The position numbers and the translations under genes were made by a program. 64,000 nucleotides of DNA from a virus: positions 48,631 to 112,630 of IMG/VR virus record IMGVR_UViG_3300047319_000185; one strand, given 5' to 3'. Positions 54,322 to 64,000 of this stretch are shown piece after piece. Under the pieces are notes generated by a model that was not told where the DNA came from, did no database searches, and worked only from the letters and a program-made list of their open reading frames with translations. How positions within the stretch are numbered: the stretch's first letter is position 1; every line of letters starts with the position of its first letter.

Positions 54322-55159
54322 TTATTATCTCGTTAAGTGTTGTTATTAATCCATCTGCCTTGGATTTTTGCCACTGATAGTTATAGAAGTCGCTATAACC
54401 TCCACCATTGGACTGGAAAGCAGCCTTACGGCCAGTATGAATACTATCGTATAAGGACTGTGCCTCAGCCTTTATGTGGTTAACATGAGTCTGCGCGTTA
54501 ATGTATCTAGGACTGTTAGGCATAGACATAGATCTATCGCTGTTAATAGAGTTGTATCTATCGGATAAAGTCTTGACCAGCAGTTTGTTATCGTTAGCCT
54601 GTCTCTCGAACTCCTCCGGAAAATTAGTCTCAGGAGTCTTAGGAGGCTTAGTGGTCCATTCATCAAGGGTTATATTATAAGCAGCATAAGGTCTTATGTT
54701 AGTTATACCGTTAGCTCTGTTATCAACCATAGGATTAAGGAAGAAGGTAACTTCATAAGCCTGGTAGGAATAATACTCATCGCTGAACTCTATATGAGAG
54801 GTCTTAGGCCATAAGCTTATTCTAAGGTCGTTATCTATACACTCAGCTATCTCTTCCCTTGACATATAAGAGTAGTTAGGATTAGATTCAAGGAACTTGT
54901 CGTAGTCTATCCCGAACAGGACATCAAGATCCCCGTTACCACGATCTGCGCTCCATTGATAAGAGATTCCAGAGCCAGCCAGCCATACCATAGTCCAAGA
55001 CTCAGCATTATGGTAGTGATAATCAAGATAGTCCAGTAGAAGAAGGTTGAGGCGTGTGCGTACATCAGGCTTTAGGTGCTCTCCATCAAAGAGGTGTGGG
55101 TCAAGGGTCTGGGAAGGCTTGCTGAAATATCCGGATTGGCCCGGCGAAATATTTATCAT
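54311..55159 (-). CDS. Pol-beta superfamily nucleotidyltransferase
   Basis: LAGSGISYQW...GDLDVL and YEVTFF. Confidence 0.8.
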   Translation of the reverse strand: MINISPGQSGYFSKPSQTLDPHLFDGEHLKPDVRTRLNLLLLDYLDYHYHNAESWTMVWLAGSGISYQWSADRGNGDLDVLFGIDYDKFLESNPNYSYMSREEIAECIDNDLRISLWPKTSHIEFSDEYYSYQAYEVTFFLNPMVDNRANGITNIRPYAAYNITLDEWTTKPPKTPETNFPEEFERQANDNKLLVKTLSDRYNSINSDRSMSMPNSPRYINAQTHVNHIKAEAQSLYDSIHTGRKAAFQSNGGGYSDFYNYQWQKSKADGLITTLNEIINGA

Positions 55160-55183
55160 AGTCGTATAGTATCCTAAAAACTA

Positions 55184-55232
55184 AAGGAAGGGAATCCCTG
55201 CTGCTTAAAGCATACTAGGGATTCCCTTCCTT
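55184..55232. terminator. Intrinsic terminator
   Basis: AAGGAAGGGAATCCCT / AGGGATTCCCTTCCTT. Confidence 0.7.
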
Positions 55233-55242
55233 ATTGTATTAC

Positions 55243-56154
55243 TTAGACCTTTGCAGGAACAGCCTTCAGAGCAGTTTCTACAGCGGCCACAATCTGTGCA
55301 ACTACTGCTGGGTCCAGCTTGTCAAGAATAGACTTCAGCTCAGTCTGTAGAGAGTTGACTACGGACTGCATATTACCTGTTCCAGGGAGCGGCACAAAGC
55401 TGAATACCTTCTGTAGTAAGTAGAAGTCAGCAAAAGCTAATCCGTCGCGTACTGGCTGAGATGTCATTCCCTTGAGAACTCCATCAATAATGTCCTGCTT
55501 GTCCTGTGGGGTCACAATATCCTCCGGAGGTATGATAACGGGTGGTATAACAACTGGCGGGGTAACTACTGGTGCAAAAGACGCTACCCATGTCTTGAGT
55601 GCTGCTGCATTTGCGAAGTTACCGTAGTCCTTGTCAACTCCGCCTGCTCCATACTGGTGGAACTTCCATGCTGCCTTGATTCCTGGGGAACCAGCAGGTA
55701 GACCAGCAGTAGCAATCCACAGGAAGTCACCTGTGTGTCCTGTAGTGTCTACGTTGTACCAGTAATCAGTATTACAGTACATACCTACTGGATTGTGAGG
55801 AAGCTTTGTCTTGAGGTATCTCAGGAACTCTTCCTTGTATGCTAACTGCTCAGCCTTTGATACAGAAGTATTGTTGGCATCGTAGCCTTCCCAGTCAAGG
55901 ACGACCATTTCACCTGGCTTAATCTTTGCCTGTGAAAGGAAGTAGTCTACCTCAGCATCAGCATTGTTGTGCATATGCGGATAGTGGTACTTTCCTAATA
56001 CAGCTCCAGCAGATAATGCATCAGTAGCCTGTGATTCCCAGTAAGGATTTACATAGGACTCACCTTCAGTAATCTTAATAAAGACAAAAGCCATTCCTTT
56101 TGCAGCGGGCCAGGAGCCTTGATAGCTCGCCCAATCGACCCCATATATTCCCAT
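55243..56154 (-). CDS. Endolysin, GH25 muramidase
   Basis: GVDWASYQ, FVFIKITEG, LDWE, LWIA, HQY and VDKD; Pro-rich linker. Confidence 0.9.
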   Translation of the reverse strand: MGIYGVDWASYQGSWPAAKGMAFVFIKITEGESYVNPYWESQATDALSAGAVLGKYHYPHMHNNADAEVDYFLSQAKIKPGEMVVLDWEGYDANNTSVSKAEQLAYKEEFLRYLKTKLPHNPVGMYCNTDYWYNVDTTGHTGDFLWIATAGLPAGSPGIKAAWKFHQYGAGGVDKDYGNFANAAALKTWVASFAPVVTPPVVIPPVIIPPEDIVTPQDKQDIIDGVLKGMTSQPVRDGLAFADFYLLQKVFSFVPLPGTGNMQSVVNSLQTELKSILDKLDPAVVAQIVAAVETALKAVPAKV

Positions 56155-56162
56155 GTGTCTCC

Positions 56163-56513
56163 TTAGTTGTTACGTAGCTTGGCCGGATCAATAACAGACA
56201 TCAGCTTCTGATTCTCGGCAGCAGCTCTCATCTGCTGTGCCTGCTGATTCATGGCCATAACAGTATGGAATGCTGCCTGCTGTGCTGTACAACCACTCAT
56301 CACTGCGGCACTTCCACCGAGGATGTCATCCAAAGTAGCGGCTCTCTCAGGGATAAGGTTGTGCTGGTCGAAATCATGTAGTGCCAGCCATTGTCCAGAT
56401 GTGTCCTGTACTACTAGAAATGCGGTAGTAACAGACTTTCCTTCAGCTTCGTTCTGAGCCTGTAGTTCCTCAAAAGCCTTCTGCTGACGAAGTTCTTCCA
56501 GATCAATTGTCAT
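56163..56513 (-). CDS. Hypothetical protein
   Basis: GGAG RBS. Confidence 0.65.
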   Translation of the reverse strand: MTIDLEELRQQKAFEELQAQNEAEGKSVTTAFLVVQDTSGQWLALHDFDQHNLIPERAATLDDILGGSAAVMSGCTAQQAAFHTVMAMNQQAQQMRAAAENQKLMSVIDPAKLRNN

Positions 56514-56709
56514 TTATGTTCTCCGTATTAATTGTCTTGTTTATCTTGCGGTGCATGAGTATGTGACTTGCTGCCATTGGGTACGCCCAGATGAATGATG
56601 CTTCCAGATTTGCGAATACATTACTGGTCTGGTAGATAAGTATCCACAATACCACAGCAGCATAGGCTATGTCTATAACCATTCCGAATGGTGAGAAGTA
56701 TTTCTTCAT
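56503..56709 (-). CDS. Small 2-TM membrane protein (holin candidate)
   Basis: Two hydrophobic helices near the endolysin. Confidence 0.4.
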   Translation of the reverse strand: MKKYFSPFGMVIDIAYAAVVLWILIYQTSNVFANLEASFIWAYPMAASHILMHRKINKTINTENINDN

Positions 56710-57269
56710 TACTTTCCTAGTTCATTTTTGACACTGATGTGGTACGGGCAATATTCACACGCGAAAACTCGCTTCACCTTCGTGTCATCGTATGTAGGAA
56801 GACCTGCCTTGTTTCTCTCACGAGAAGTGTTGGGCTTGATCTCCTTGGAAGAACTCAAGTAGTCATTGCACTTAGGCTGGGTATTTGACTTGTATGCAGG
56901 CTGGTTGTGTCTGTTCCAGCACTCCAGAGCATCCTGCTTGAACTGGTTCTGTACATCGTAGAATTCCTGGTCGAATCCAGTCTTGCCCATTCCCTCAAGA
57001 AGCTTTGCTCTAATACCCTTGTTGTATTCAGGGTCCTTCCAGTGACGAGTTGGAGCAAAGGCAAGTCCACACCACTCAAGAACGAATCTGTCCTCAAAAG
57101 AAGGGTGGCGACGAAGGTGTGTCTCTAATACATGCCCAATTCGTGGATCATTGTCTGCGTCATCCGGATCATAGTTAGGGATTTCGTCAATAGTCTGACA
57201 CACATGGCAAAAAACAAGACCAGTCTTATTAACGTTCTTATCCTTGTAGGGATCAAACGTATCAGTCAT
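56709..57269 (-). CDS. Cys/His-rich hypothetical protein
   Basis: CHVC, CWNRH and CEYCP motifs. Confidence 0.7.
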   Translation of the reverse strand: MTDTFDPYKDKNVNKTGLVFCHVCQTIDEIPNYDPDDADNDPRIGHVLETHLRRHPSFEDRFVLEWCGLAFAPTRHWKDPEYNKGIRAKLLEGMGKTGFDQEFYDVQNQFKQDALECWNRHNQPAYKSNTQPKCNDYLSSSKEIKPNTSRERNKAGLPTYDDTKVKRVFACEYCPYHISVKNELGK

Positions 57270-57361
57270 ATAGTTCTCCAGTTAGTAGTTCCTGTAACTT
57301 ATTCATGGTAACAGAAAATAGCCCCCTAAGCCAACTGGCTCAAGAGGCTATCCCTATTGTA

Positions 57362-58488
<1,127 letters not shown>

Positions 58489-58567
58489 GAATAGTCCGAT
58501 CGGTAGACAATAGGGACCGCCATTACAGACGAACAATTAATGTCCGGATTCTGTAACAACGGTCCCT

Positions 58568-58597
58568 AGACTAGCAGTGCTTCAGACGCTGTGTCAA
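58568..58597 (-). promoter_or_regulatory. Promoter of the NlpC/P60-rpf operon
   Basis: TTGACA-18-TAGTCT. Confidence 0.65.
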
Positions 58598-58619
58598 CTG
58601 CCGTACTGTGGTACCTGTA

Positions 58620-58895
58620 CTACCAAGTCTCACCGAGTATAGAGGAATCTTCCAATCTCTCCAACTTATTAGGCTGTGACCATGGCTTTGGTGTGTAGGA
58701 ATTCTGTCCTGGTACCTCAAGCATTCTAGGCTCTCCAATACCGTAGTACGGTAGGCTGAGAGCTTGTCTTGTGATGTAGGTTGACTCTGAATTCATAGGT
58801 GAGCCCTCGGAATCAGGGCGAATCTTCTTGTACTTACCATCTGTGGCCCCCTCTATAAGAGAGCCATTCATACTTCTTAGTTGAGGATATGCCAT
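58620..58895 (-). CDS. Hypothetical protein
   Basis: Coupled ORF. Confidence 0.6.
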   Translation of the reverse strand: MAYPQLRSMNGSLIEGATDGKYKKIRPDSEGSPMNSESTYITRQALSLPYYGIGEPRMLEVPGQNSYTPKPWSQPNKLERLEDSSILGETW

Positions 58896-59089
58896 TATTG
58901 TGCCTTCTTAGGTCGACCGGCTGATTTCTTATTCAGGGTATTAGGTACCACAGGTGGCTTGTATGCCTTTGGTGCAGCTACCTTTTTTGGATTTGTAGGT
59001 GTGCCGACAGTTCTCTTGTCTGTGGACTTTCTTGTTGCTGCTACAGCTCTCTTTACGGGCATCTTCGCAGCAGTTTTCTTTTCTGCCAT
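58895..59089 (-). CDS. Small Lys/Ala/Pro-rich basic protein
   Basis: Histone H1-like composition; GGAG RBS. Confidence 0.65.
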   Translation of the reverse strand: MAEKKTAAKMPVKRAVAATRKSTDKRTVGTPTNPKKVAAPKAYKPPVVPNTLNKKSAGRPKKAQ

Positions 59090-59100
59090 TATTTCTCCGA

Positions 59101-59463
59101 TTATAGTTGAGCCAATGAAGGATAGCTGGAACCAGCATAGCCGCTCTCAGTACCTGAGAAGTCACCGAACTGGGCTGAGAAGGAGTCATCCACTACAAGA
59201 ATGTCAGCTATTCCCGGTGGAGTTCTGTCATACCCGAATCTATTGGGTGTCTTACCTATATTCGGAATAGGAGGTCTTCTATTTGCTGCTTCCGCTGTAG
59301 CGTTGTCCAGTAGCTGCTGACTTACAAGTTGTTCCTGCATGGACTGGAAAGGACGAGTCCAGTTGTAGATGGTCTCGTTGTCCTGCTGACGCTTATCAGG
59401 GTTATAGTTGGTATTCTGTCTTTCCATAACTAAACTGACCTTCCTGATCCGGATGCTGACCAA
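59101..59463 (-). CDS. Hypothetical protein
   Basis: Likely start MERQN. Confidence 0.6.
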   Translation of the reverse strand: MVSIRIRKVSLVMERQNTNYNPDKRQQDNETIYNWTRPFQSMQEQLVSQQLLDNATAEAANRRPPIPNIGKTPNRFGYDRTPPGIADILVVDDSFSAQFGDFSGTESGYAGSSYPSLAQL

Positions 59464-59996
59464 CCTGGGAGATTGACTGCTGCGTGGTACTGTCTTAGCT
59501 CTGGGCTTACGATTTTCATCTGAGGATCATGGGTAATATTCAGCTCTCTTGCCAATTCAGCAGCCTTCTCACTAGTAATGAACTTACCTCCATGAGCAAG
59601 ACGTTCCAGAGGATTACCCTCTTGTGCGAATCTCTTCGTATCGCCGTGTAAGCGCTTCTCCAGCGTTGTGAACGGAGTCAGGTCGTCAGGCCAGAAGTAG
59701 TCCTGTGCGCCGATTCTAGAGCCCTTGTGGACCCCTCTGGTGTAGCTTCTGGCGTTGTTGCGGACTGTCTGAAGGAGCTTGTCCTGTCTGCGGTCAATAA
59801 CAGAACCCAGATAACCGTCAGGATATTGTGCTTCAGGAGTCTTACCTGTAGCTGCGGAAATACGGGCATCCTGAATGGAGCGGAATCCTGAGATAGGGTA
59901 TCCTCCACCTCCACCATACTGAGTAACAGAACCCTGCTGCCCTACTGGCGGATTGTACATTGTGTTGTTATTGCCTACATTAGGGTTCTGTGCCAT
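59430..59996 (-). CDS. Hypothetical protein
   Basis: GGAGG RBS; YPDGYLG..RRQDKL..RGVHKG. Confidence 0.7.
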   Translation of the reverse strand: MAQNPNVGNNNTMYNPPVGQQGSVTQYGGGGGYPISGFRSIQDARISAATGKTPEAQYPDGYLGSVIDRRQDKLLQTVRNNARSYTRGVHKGSRIGAQDYFWPDDLTPFTTLEKRLHGDTKRFAQEGNPLERLAHGGKFITSEKAAELARELNITHDPQMKIVSPELRQYHAAVNLPGWSASGSGRSV

Positions 59997-60341
59997 TTAA
60001 TCCTCCAGTGGGATTTCTAGCTTGAGAGCTATCTTTTCCAGCATTCTTTCTGACTTGAGATCAGCTTCCAGATCCAGTTCAAACTTCTCACGGTCCAGCT
60101 TCGCCTGTCTGTTCTGTGAGAACAGAATAATCGGCGCAGCATAGGAAGCCTGTAGTGAAAGCAGAAGAGTCATGAAGATAAACGGGTACTTGTCGAATTC
60201 CATGCTACTAGGAGCAAAGATATTCCACATGAACCATCCGACTATGAATACTGACATCCCACCGATGAACTTCAATGATCCGAAGAAGACAGCGAATCTG
60301 TCAGCATATGTATTTATCTTGCTATCAGTGGGATCAGTCAT
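59997..60341 (-). CDS. DUF1003 membrane protein
   Basis: ADRFA.FFGS..F, FDKYPFIFMTLLLSLQASYAAPIILFSQNRQ. Confidence 0.88.
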   Translation of the reverse strand: MTDPTDSKINTYADRFAVFFGSLKFIGGMSVFIVGWFMWNIFAPSSMEFDKYPFIFMTLLLSLQASYAAPIILFSQNRQAKLDREKFELDLEADLKSERMLEKIALKLEIPLED

Positions 60342-60673
60342 TAGCTGAGTGTTCTCCCATAAGTAGACTTTGCACGGAAGTTGTCTGTCCAGGAGCCACG
60401 GGAAGGCATCTGTAGAACATGCTTCTGTCCCTCAGTCGCACTAGCAGCATTTGCCTCGTACAGAGTAGCTGTTGGATGCAGGGAAGCACCCATTCTTTCA
60501 TAGGAAGCTCCACGGTTCTTCTTGTCTCCTGTTCCAGGAATATCAGATCCGCCCTTACCACCTGTTCCACGTGGACGCTCTCTCCCACGTTCTGGTCTTC
60601 CGACCATCTTCAATTCTGCGGCAGAGGTTCCCATTGTTGGAAATGCCCCAGTGCTCGGTTCTGTTGATGTCAT
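60341..60673 (-). CDS. Hypothetical Gly/Arg-rich protein
   Basis: AGGAG RBS. Confidence 0.6.
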   Translation of the reverse strand: MTSTEPSTGAFPTMGTSAAELKMVGRPERGRERPRGTGGKGGSDIPGTGDKKNRGASYERMGASLHPTATLYEANAASATEGQKHVLQMPSRGSWTDNFRAKSTYGRTLS

Positions 60674-60681
60674 GTTATCTC

Positions 60682-60930
60682 CTAAGCGCCTCTGTTGTAT
60701 GCAAGGCTTCTGTTTGCGGTATAAGTACTAGGGCTCTGTCCATTGATACTTCCTACAGAGGAAAGAACAGAGGATGGGGTATACCCACTAGGTGAAGAAG
60801 AAGTAGTTGTGGGATTGAAGTTCTGCTTTATATTATATGAGGAAGCGGCCCCTGTTATTCCCATTCCAGTAGCGAATTCCGCAGTTCTGGAAGAGTATCC
60901 GGAGCCGTTTCGATAGTCTGTTCCAGCCAT
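60682..60930 (-). CDS. Hypothetical Ser/Thr-rich protein
   Basis: AGGAG RBS. Confidence 0.6.
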   Translation of the reverse strand: MAGTDYRNGSGYSSRTAEFATGMGITGAASSYNIKQNFNPTTTSSSPSGYTPSSVLSSVGSINGQSPSTYTANRSLAYNRGA

Positions 60931-60939
60931 GCGGAACTC

Positions 60940-61287
60940 CTAGTCTACGAGTATCTTAAATGTAAGTGCGCTGATCTCGAATCCGTCAGCCATGATGACA
61001 GTAGTGAAACCAGGTCGGCAGGACAGTACTCTTCCACGGGGACCCACATAGCTCTGCGCAATGGCAATAGCCTTCATGGACTGGTTTACTGCTGCGGCAC
61101 CTACAGCGCGCAAAGTAATGTCCTTATTGTCGTAAACGTTATTGGCAATAGCAGCAGCCAGGTTAGCGGCAGATGAAGCAGACTTCACCTTAAGAAGAAC
61201 GTCATTATTTTCTACCATGTTTTTCTCCAAGTTTTTATTACGATATGTATTTCTTTTGATTATACAGGGCAAAACAAAAGAGCCCAC
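60940..61287 (-). CDS. spoVS: SpoVS-family protein
   Basis: LKVKSAS..NLAAAIA..LRAVGAAAVNQSMKAIAIA..CRPGF; likely start MVENND. Confidence 0.88.
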   Translation of the reverse strand: MGSFVLPCIIKRNTYRNKNLEKNMVENNDVLLKVKSASSAANLAAAIANNVYDNKDITLRAVGAAAVNQSMKAIAIAQSYVGPRGRVLSCRPGFTTVIMADGFEISALTFKILVD

Positions 61288-61325
61288 CTCCTATATTATA
61301 GGGGATGGGCTCTGTACTACGATTA

Positions 61326-61832
61326 CTAGGAAGAATATAGCATATGGGCTAATCCATATGCGTCTGCAAGGTTGTTGTCGGTTATATCTGGGTCCCACTT
61401 CTGTACCGCTGCCACCATCTCATCCTTACTGGCTCTACCAGATCCGGTAACGTACTGCTTGAGAGTCGTTGGTGGTATTGATAGGGGCTCTGAGTGGAGG
61501 ACCAATTGTGTCGTGAGCTTAACGATTCCTCCCAGTTCACCAAGCTTCTCGCGATTGAGTCTGGCTCCATAAGCGTATCCTTCCATAGCAACGGTTATTT
61601 CTGCGCCAGACGATTGGTGCATAGAAAAGAACATAAGCAGATCGTCATATATCTTTACCAGTCTCTCCGATTCTGACTTGTACTTGTTGAGAGGGTACTT
61701 CTTAAGGGTCTTCTGATGACAGTGACCTGTCTCGTCCAACACTACAAGCCCAAAACCTGAATACGACTGGTCAATGCCAATCATAAGGGCTTTGGGCTGT
61801 AATGGATTACTTTTGGGGGAACGGGATATCAT
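61326..61832 (-). CDS. ruvC: RuvC-like Holliday junction resolvase
   Basis: IGIDQS, AMEGY, LGELGG, LKQYVTG.G.ASK and NLADAY. Confidence 0.88.
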   Translation of the reverse strand: MISRSPKSNPLQPKALMIGIDQSYSGFGLVVLDETGHCHQKTLKKYPLNKYKSESERLVKIYDDLLMFFSMHQSSGAEITVAMEGYAYGARLNREKLGELGGIVKLTTQLVLHSEPLSIPPTTLKQYVTGSGRASKDEMVAAVQKWDPDITDNNLADAYGLAHMLYSS

Positions 61833-61946
61833 TCTTGCGGATCTTCGCCATTTCTGCTGCTAGTTTTGCTAACTGTTCTGTTTCGGACTTCTTGTGCTTA
61901 TTATATTCTCTTTTAGCTTCTGCTAATAGCTTATCGGATTCTTCAC

Positions 61947-62207
61947 TCATACTATGGACCATTCTGTATTCACTCGCACACCATTTGTGGATGCCTCAAG
62001 CTTTTCCCGAACACCTGGCATGATAGGCCACTTGAATGGAACTCCTATAGGAGATGATCCACCAGAAGGGTTCCAGTTGTCCTCAATGAACTTCTGCACA
62101 TCTGCTTTCTTTAGATGGACACTGTAACCATCTCGTCCCAGTGCCCTTCCTCTCTCTATTCTCTCCCACGTCTGTGCCCAGACTTCCTCTTGCACTACTG
62201 CCCCCAA
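61947..62207 (-). CDS. Hypothetical protein
   Basis: ORF in operon. Confidence 0.5.
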   Translation of the reverse strand: MGAVVQEEVWAQTWERIERGRALGRDGYSVHLKKADVQKFIEDNWNPSGGSSPIGVPFKWPIMPGVREKLEASTNGVRVNTEWSIV

Positions 62208-62407
62208 ATTCCCCTTACGGAGTCACAGATTCGATTGTATACCTCTGAGTCTACTACAGCCTGTCTCGGCTGTCCAATGCGTGATGCGCCTGAATTCCTC
62301 GTGTTGTAGAAACGGGAGAATTCAACAACATCATCACGATTTCTGTGTAGAGAAGTGGCGCTGCTTGCATTAAGAAGTAGCCAGTCCTGCTTCCAAATTC
62401 TTGCCAT
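62195..62407 (-). CDS. Hypothetical protein
   Basis: Coupled ORF. Confidence 0.5.
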   Translation of the reverse strand: MARIWKQDWLLLNASSATSLHRNRDDVVEFSRFYNTRNSGASRIGQPRQAVVDSEVYNRICDSVRGIWGQ

Positions 62408-62661
62408 CAGTACTCCATGGGTTCGTGTTCACAACAAGTGCACCTACAAGGAATTCGGACACCCCGATTGCGGAATGCCTGAATAATCTCAGGATGGTCC
62501 ATGAACAGCTCTACTGACTCGTCCTCTGTATCCCAGTCACCCTCCTGAAGTTCCCAGATCAGCTTCCCGGCAATCTGTGTAAGGGCGTCTCCTGTTACAC
62601 CTACACGAATAGCTGTACTGATAACCTCATCAAAAATAGGATTAGCACTACTCCAGCCCAT
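62407..62661 (-). CDS. Hypothetical protein
   Basis: MGWSS...DWDT.DES phage family pattern. Confidence 0.65.
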   Translation of the reverse strand: MGWSSANPIFDEVISTAIRVGVTGDALTQIAGKLIWELQEGDWDTEDESVELFMDHPEIIQAFRNRGVRIPCRCTCCEHEPMEY

Positions 62662-63011
62662 TACTTACCAGCCTTTCCTATAAGGAAATTCATTGCTGAC
62701 TTCTCATTGTCGAATTCCGCGACAACCTCTGCCTTCTGATTGTAAACTACATGTTTACCACCAGGCTTGTGTATGATCTTCCACCCTTTGAGATAGTGCG
62801 TGTATCCATAATCCGGCATTACTTATTCCCCTTAGCCCAGAAATCCTTACAAATCTTGGAACAGTAAGGAAACCACTTAGTGACAACAGGGTTTCCACAT
62901 AGACATATCATCGGCCGATTAGCTTTCCACAAGCCTTATTCGGGCACTGAACAGCTGTTCCTGCCTTGGTTCCACAACTGGCACACCTTTTCGGCAGGAT
63001 CTTAATAAAAC

Positions 63012-63392
63012 TCATTCCCATATCTCCTCTACATATAGTTTCTTTCGGACAGCCATGTCCACAGTCATTTTCGTACCTCGGTTTCCCGCTCCGTGTAGAA
63101 AGAAGGCTAGCACCAGATCCGGCATCTCGTCAACCATGGCTTGGTTCCTGATCGCGTAGTCCTTAGGGTAAAGCTCTGTACGCCCATCTGAGGGCCTAGG
63201 AGGGAAGGCACGTACATTCCATCCAGCACCATGCCCGTAGGCCGCACAATAGGCATCCACGCCCCCTACAGGGCACTCTCCGTGCAGCAGCTCAACCTTT
63301 AAACCTGCATCTCTGAATTTATCCAGATAAAAGAAAATAGCCTGCATCTTTGATGCAGGCCAGTCTCTAGATCCGGTTATTAGGATCTTCAC
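63012..63392 (-). CDS. SLOG (YspA/DUF2493) family protein
   Basis: ILITGSRDW, HGEC..GVD, RNQAM and RGTKM. Confidence 0.85.
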   Translation of the reverse strand: MKILITGSRDWPASKMQAIFFYLDKFRDAGLKVELLHGECPVGGVDAYCAAYGHGAGWNVRAFPPRPSDGRTELYPKDYAIRNQAMVDEMPDLVLAFFLHGAGNRGTKMTVDMAVRKKLYVEEIWE

Positions 63393-63718
63393 TTCTTTTT
63401 CTTATGCCTTCCCTTGACAGGAATAATCTTTCCACCCATACCATCAATAGTACGAATGTTTATCTCCAACTGTATCTCTTCATCAGTAGGAATTCGACCC
63501 AGTCGCTGAGTAAGTTCCTTTACTACTTCTTCTCTGTCAGTTGTCATGCTGCCTCTTTATTTCAATGGCCGCATGGTGGGGACAAAGGACCATACCCTTC
63601 TGCCTTGTCTTTGGATTGACAGCATAAGATATGAACTCAAGGTCGGTACCAGTGTTCTTACATCTAGGGTACTCACAGGCTTCGGTACCCTTATTGTCTC
63701 TTGCACGTCGTCCAGCCA

Positions 63719-63964
63719 TTACCAGACCTCCAAGACCATAAAGGTTTCTTGACCCGTCTCCTTGAGGTACTCCAGTTCTTCTGTATCATCTTCTCCTATA
63801 CAGGCAAGCTCTCCATCGATATTCTCGTACATGGTCTGAATAGCTGCACCATGTGCGTAATGAAGATCATTTACTTCGTCATCAGGAGAGATGGTTACCA
63901 GAGTTTCAGGAGAGAGCTTTGATAGGATTTCCATAAGTTCTGCAACAGTCATCATTTCTACCAA
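63719..63964 (-). CDS. Hypothetical protein
   Basis: MTVAELMEIL...P..V....D.E.N pattern. Confidence 0.6.
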   Translation of the reverse strand: MVEMMTVAELMEILSKLSPETLVTISPDDEVNDLHYAHGAAIQTMYENIDGELACIGEDDTEELEYLKETGQETFMVLEVW

Positions 63965-64000
63965 TTCACCTCTACAAGGTACCTTCCAGCAGGAATCTTT

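Noticed and set aside
58489-58620. c-di-AMP (ydaO) riboswitch upstream of the rpf operon
   Set aside because: Leader is too short and lacks the consensus elements

Overview
This is a 64-kb segment of a large lytic tailed phage, most likely an actinobacteriophage. The host is inferred to be Streptomyces-like from the Rpf, GH25 lysin, Rv2179c-like RNase, TTGACn-17/18-TAnnnT promoters and a bldA-type tRNA. The gene set resembles, from memory, the BRock / mycobacteriophage cluster C type. Layout: (1) 1-18.9 kb, minus strand: head module (neck, major capsid, scaffold, portal, fibre/decoration proteins, terminase), interrupted by an inverted endonuclease cassette and followed by a phosphoesterase, a MazG-like protein and an RNA ligase. 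(2) 18.9-29.8 kb, minus strand: an RNA island with 32 tRNAs covering all 20 amino acids, an apparent 79-nt tmRNA reduced to its tRNA-like domain, two non-canonical tRNA-like RNAs, several other predicted structured spacer RNAs, HNH genes and micro-proteins. (3) 30.6-31 kb: an AT-rich strand-switch region, possibly an origin. (4) 31-35.3 kb: small plus-strand genes. (5) About 35.5-50.5 kb: a compositionally distinct early region, possibly a long terminal repeat, with strong promoters, a type II hammerhead ribozyme, a covarying family of intergenic hairpins, ArdA and many acidic micro-proteins. (6) 50.8-64 kb, minus strand: a TGT/DpdA-like + HAD-like + nucleotidyltransferase cluster, endolysin, a secreted NlpC/P60 + Rpf-LysM operon, SpoVS, RuvC and a SLOG protein. 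All calls were made by eye from motifs and base-pairing; no searches or folding programs were run.
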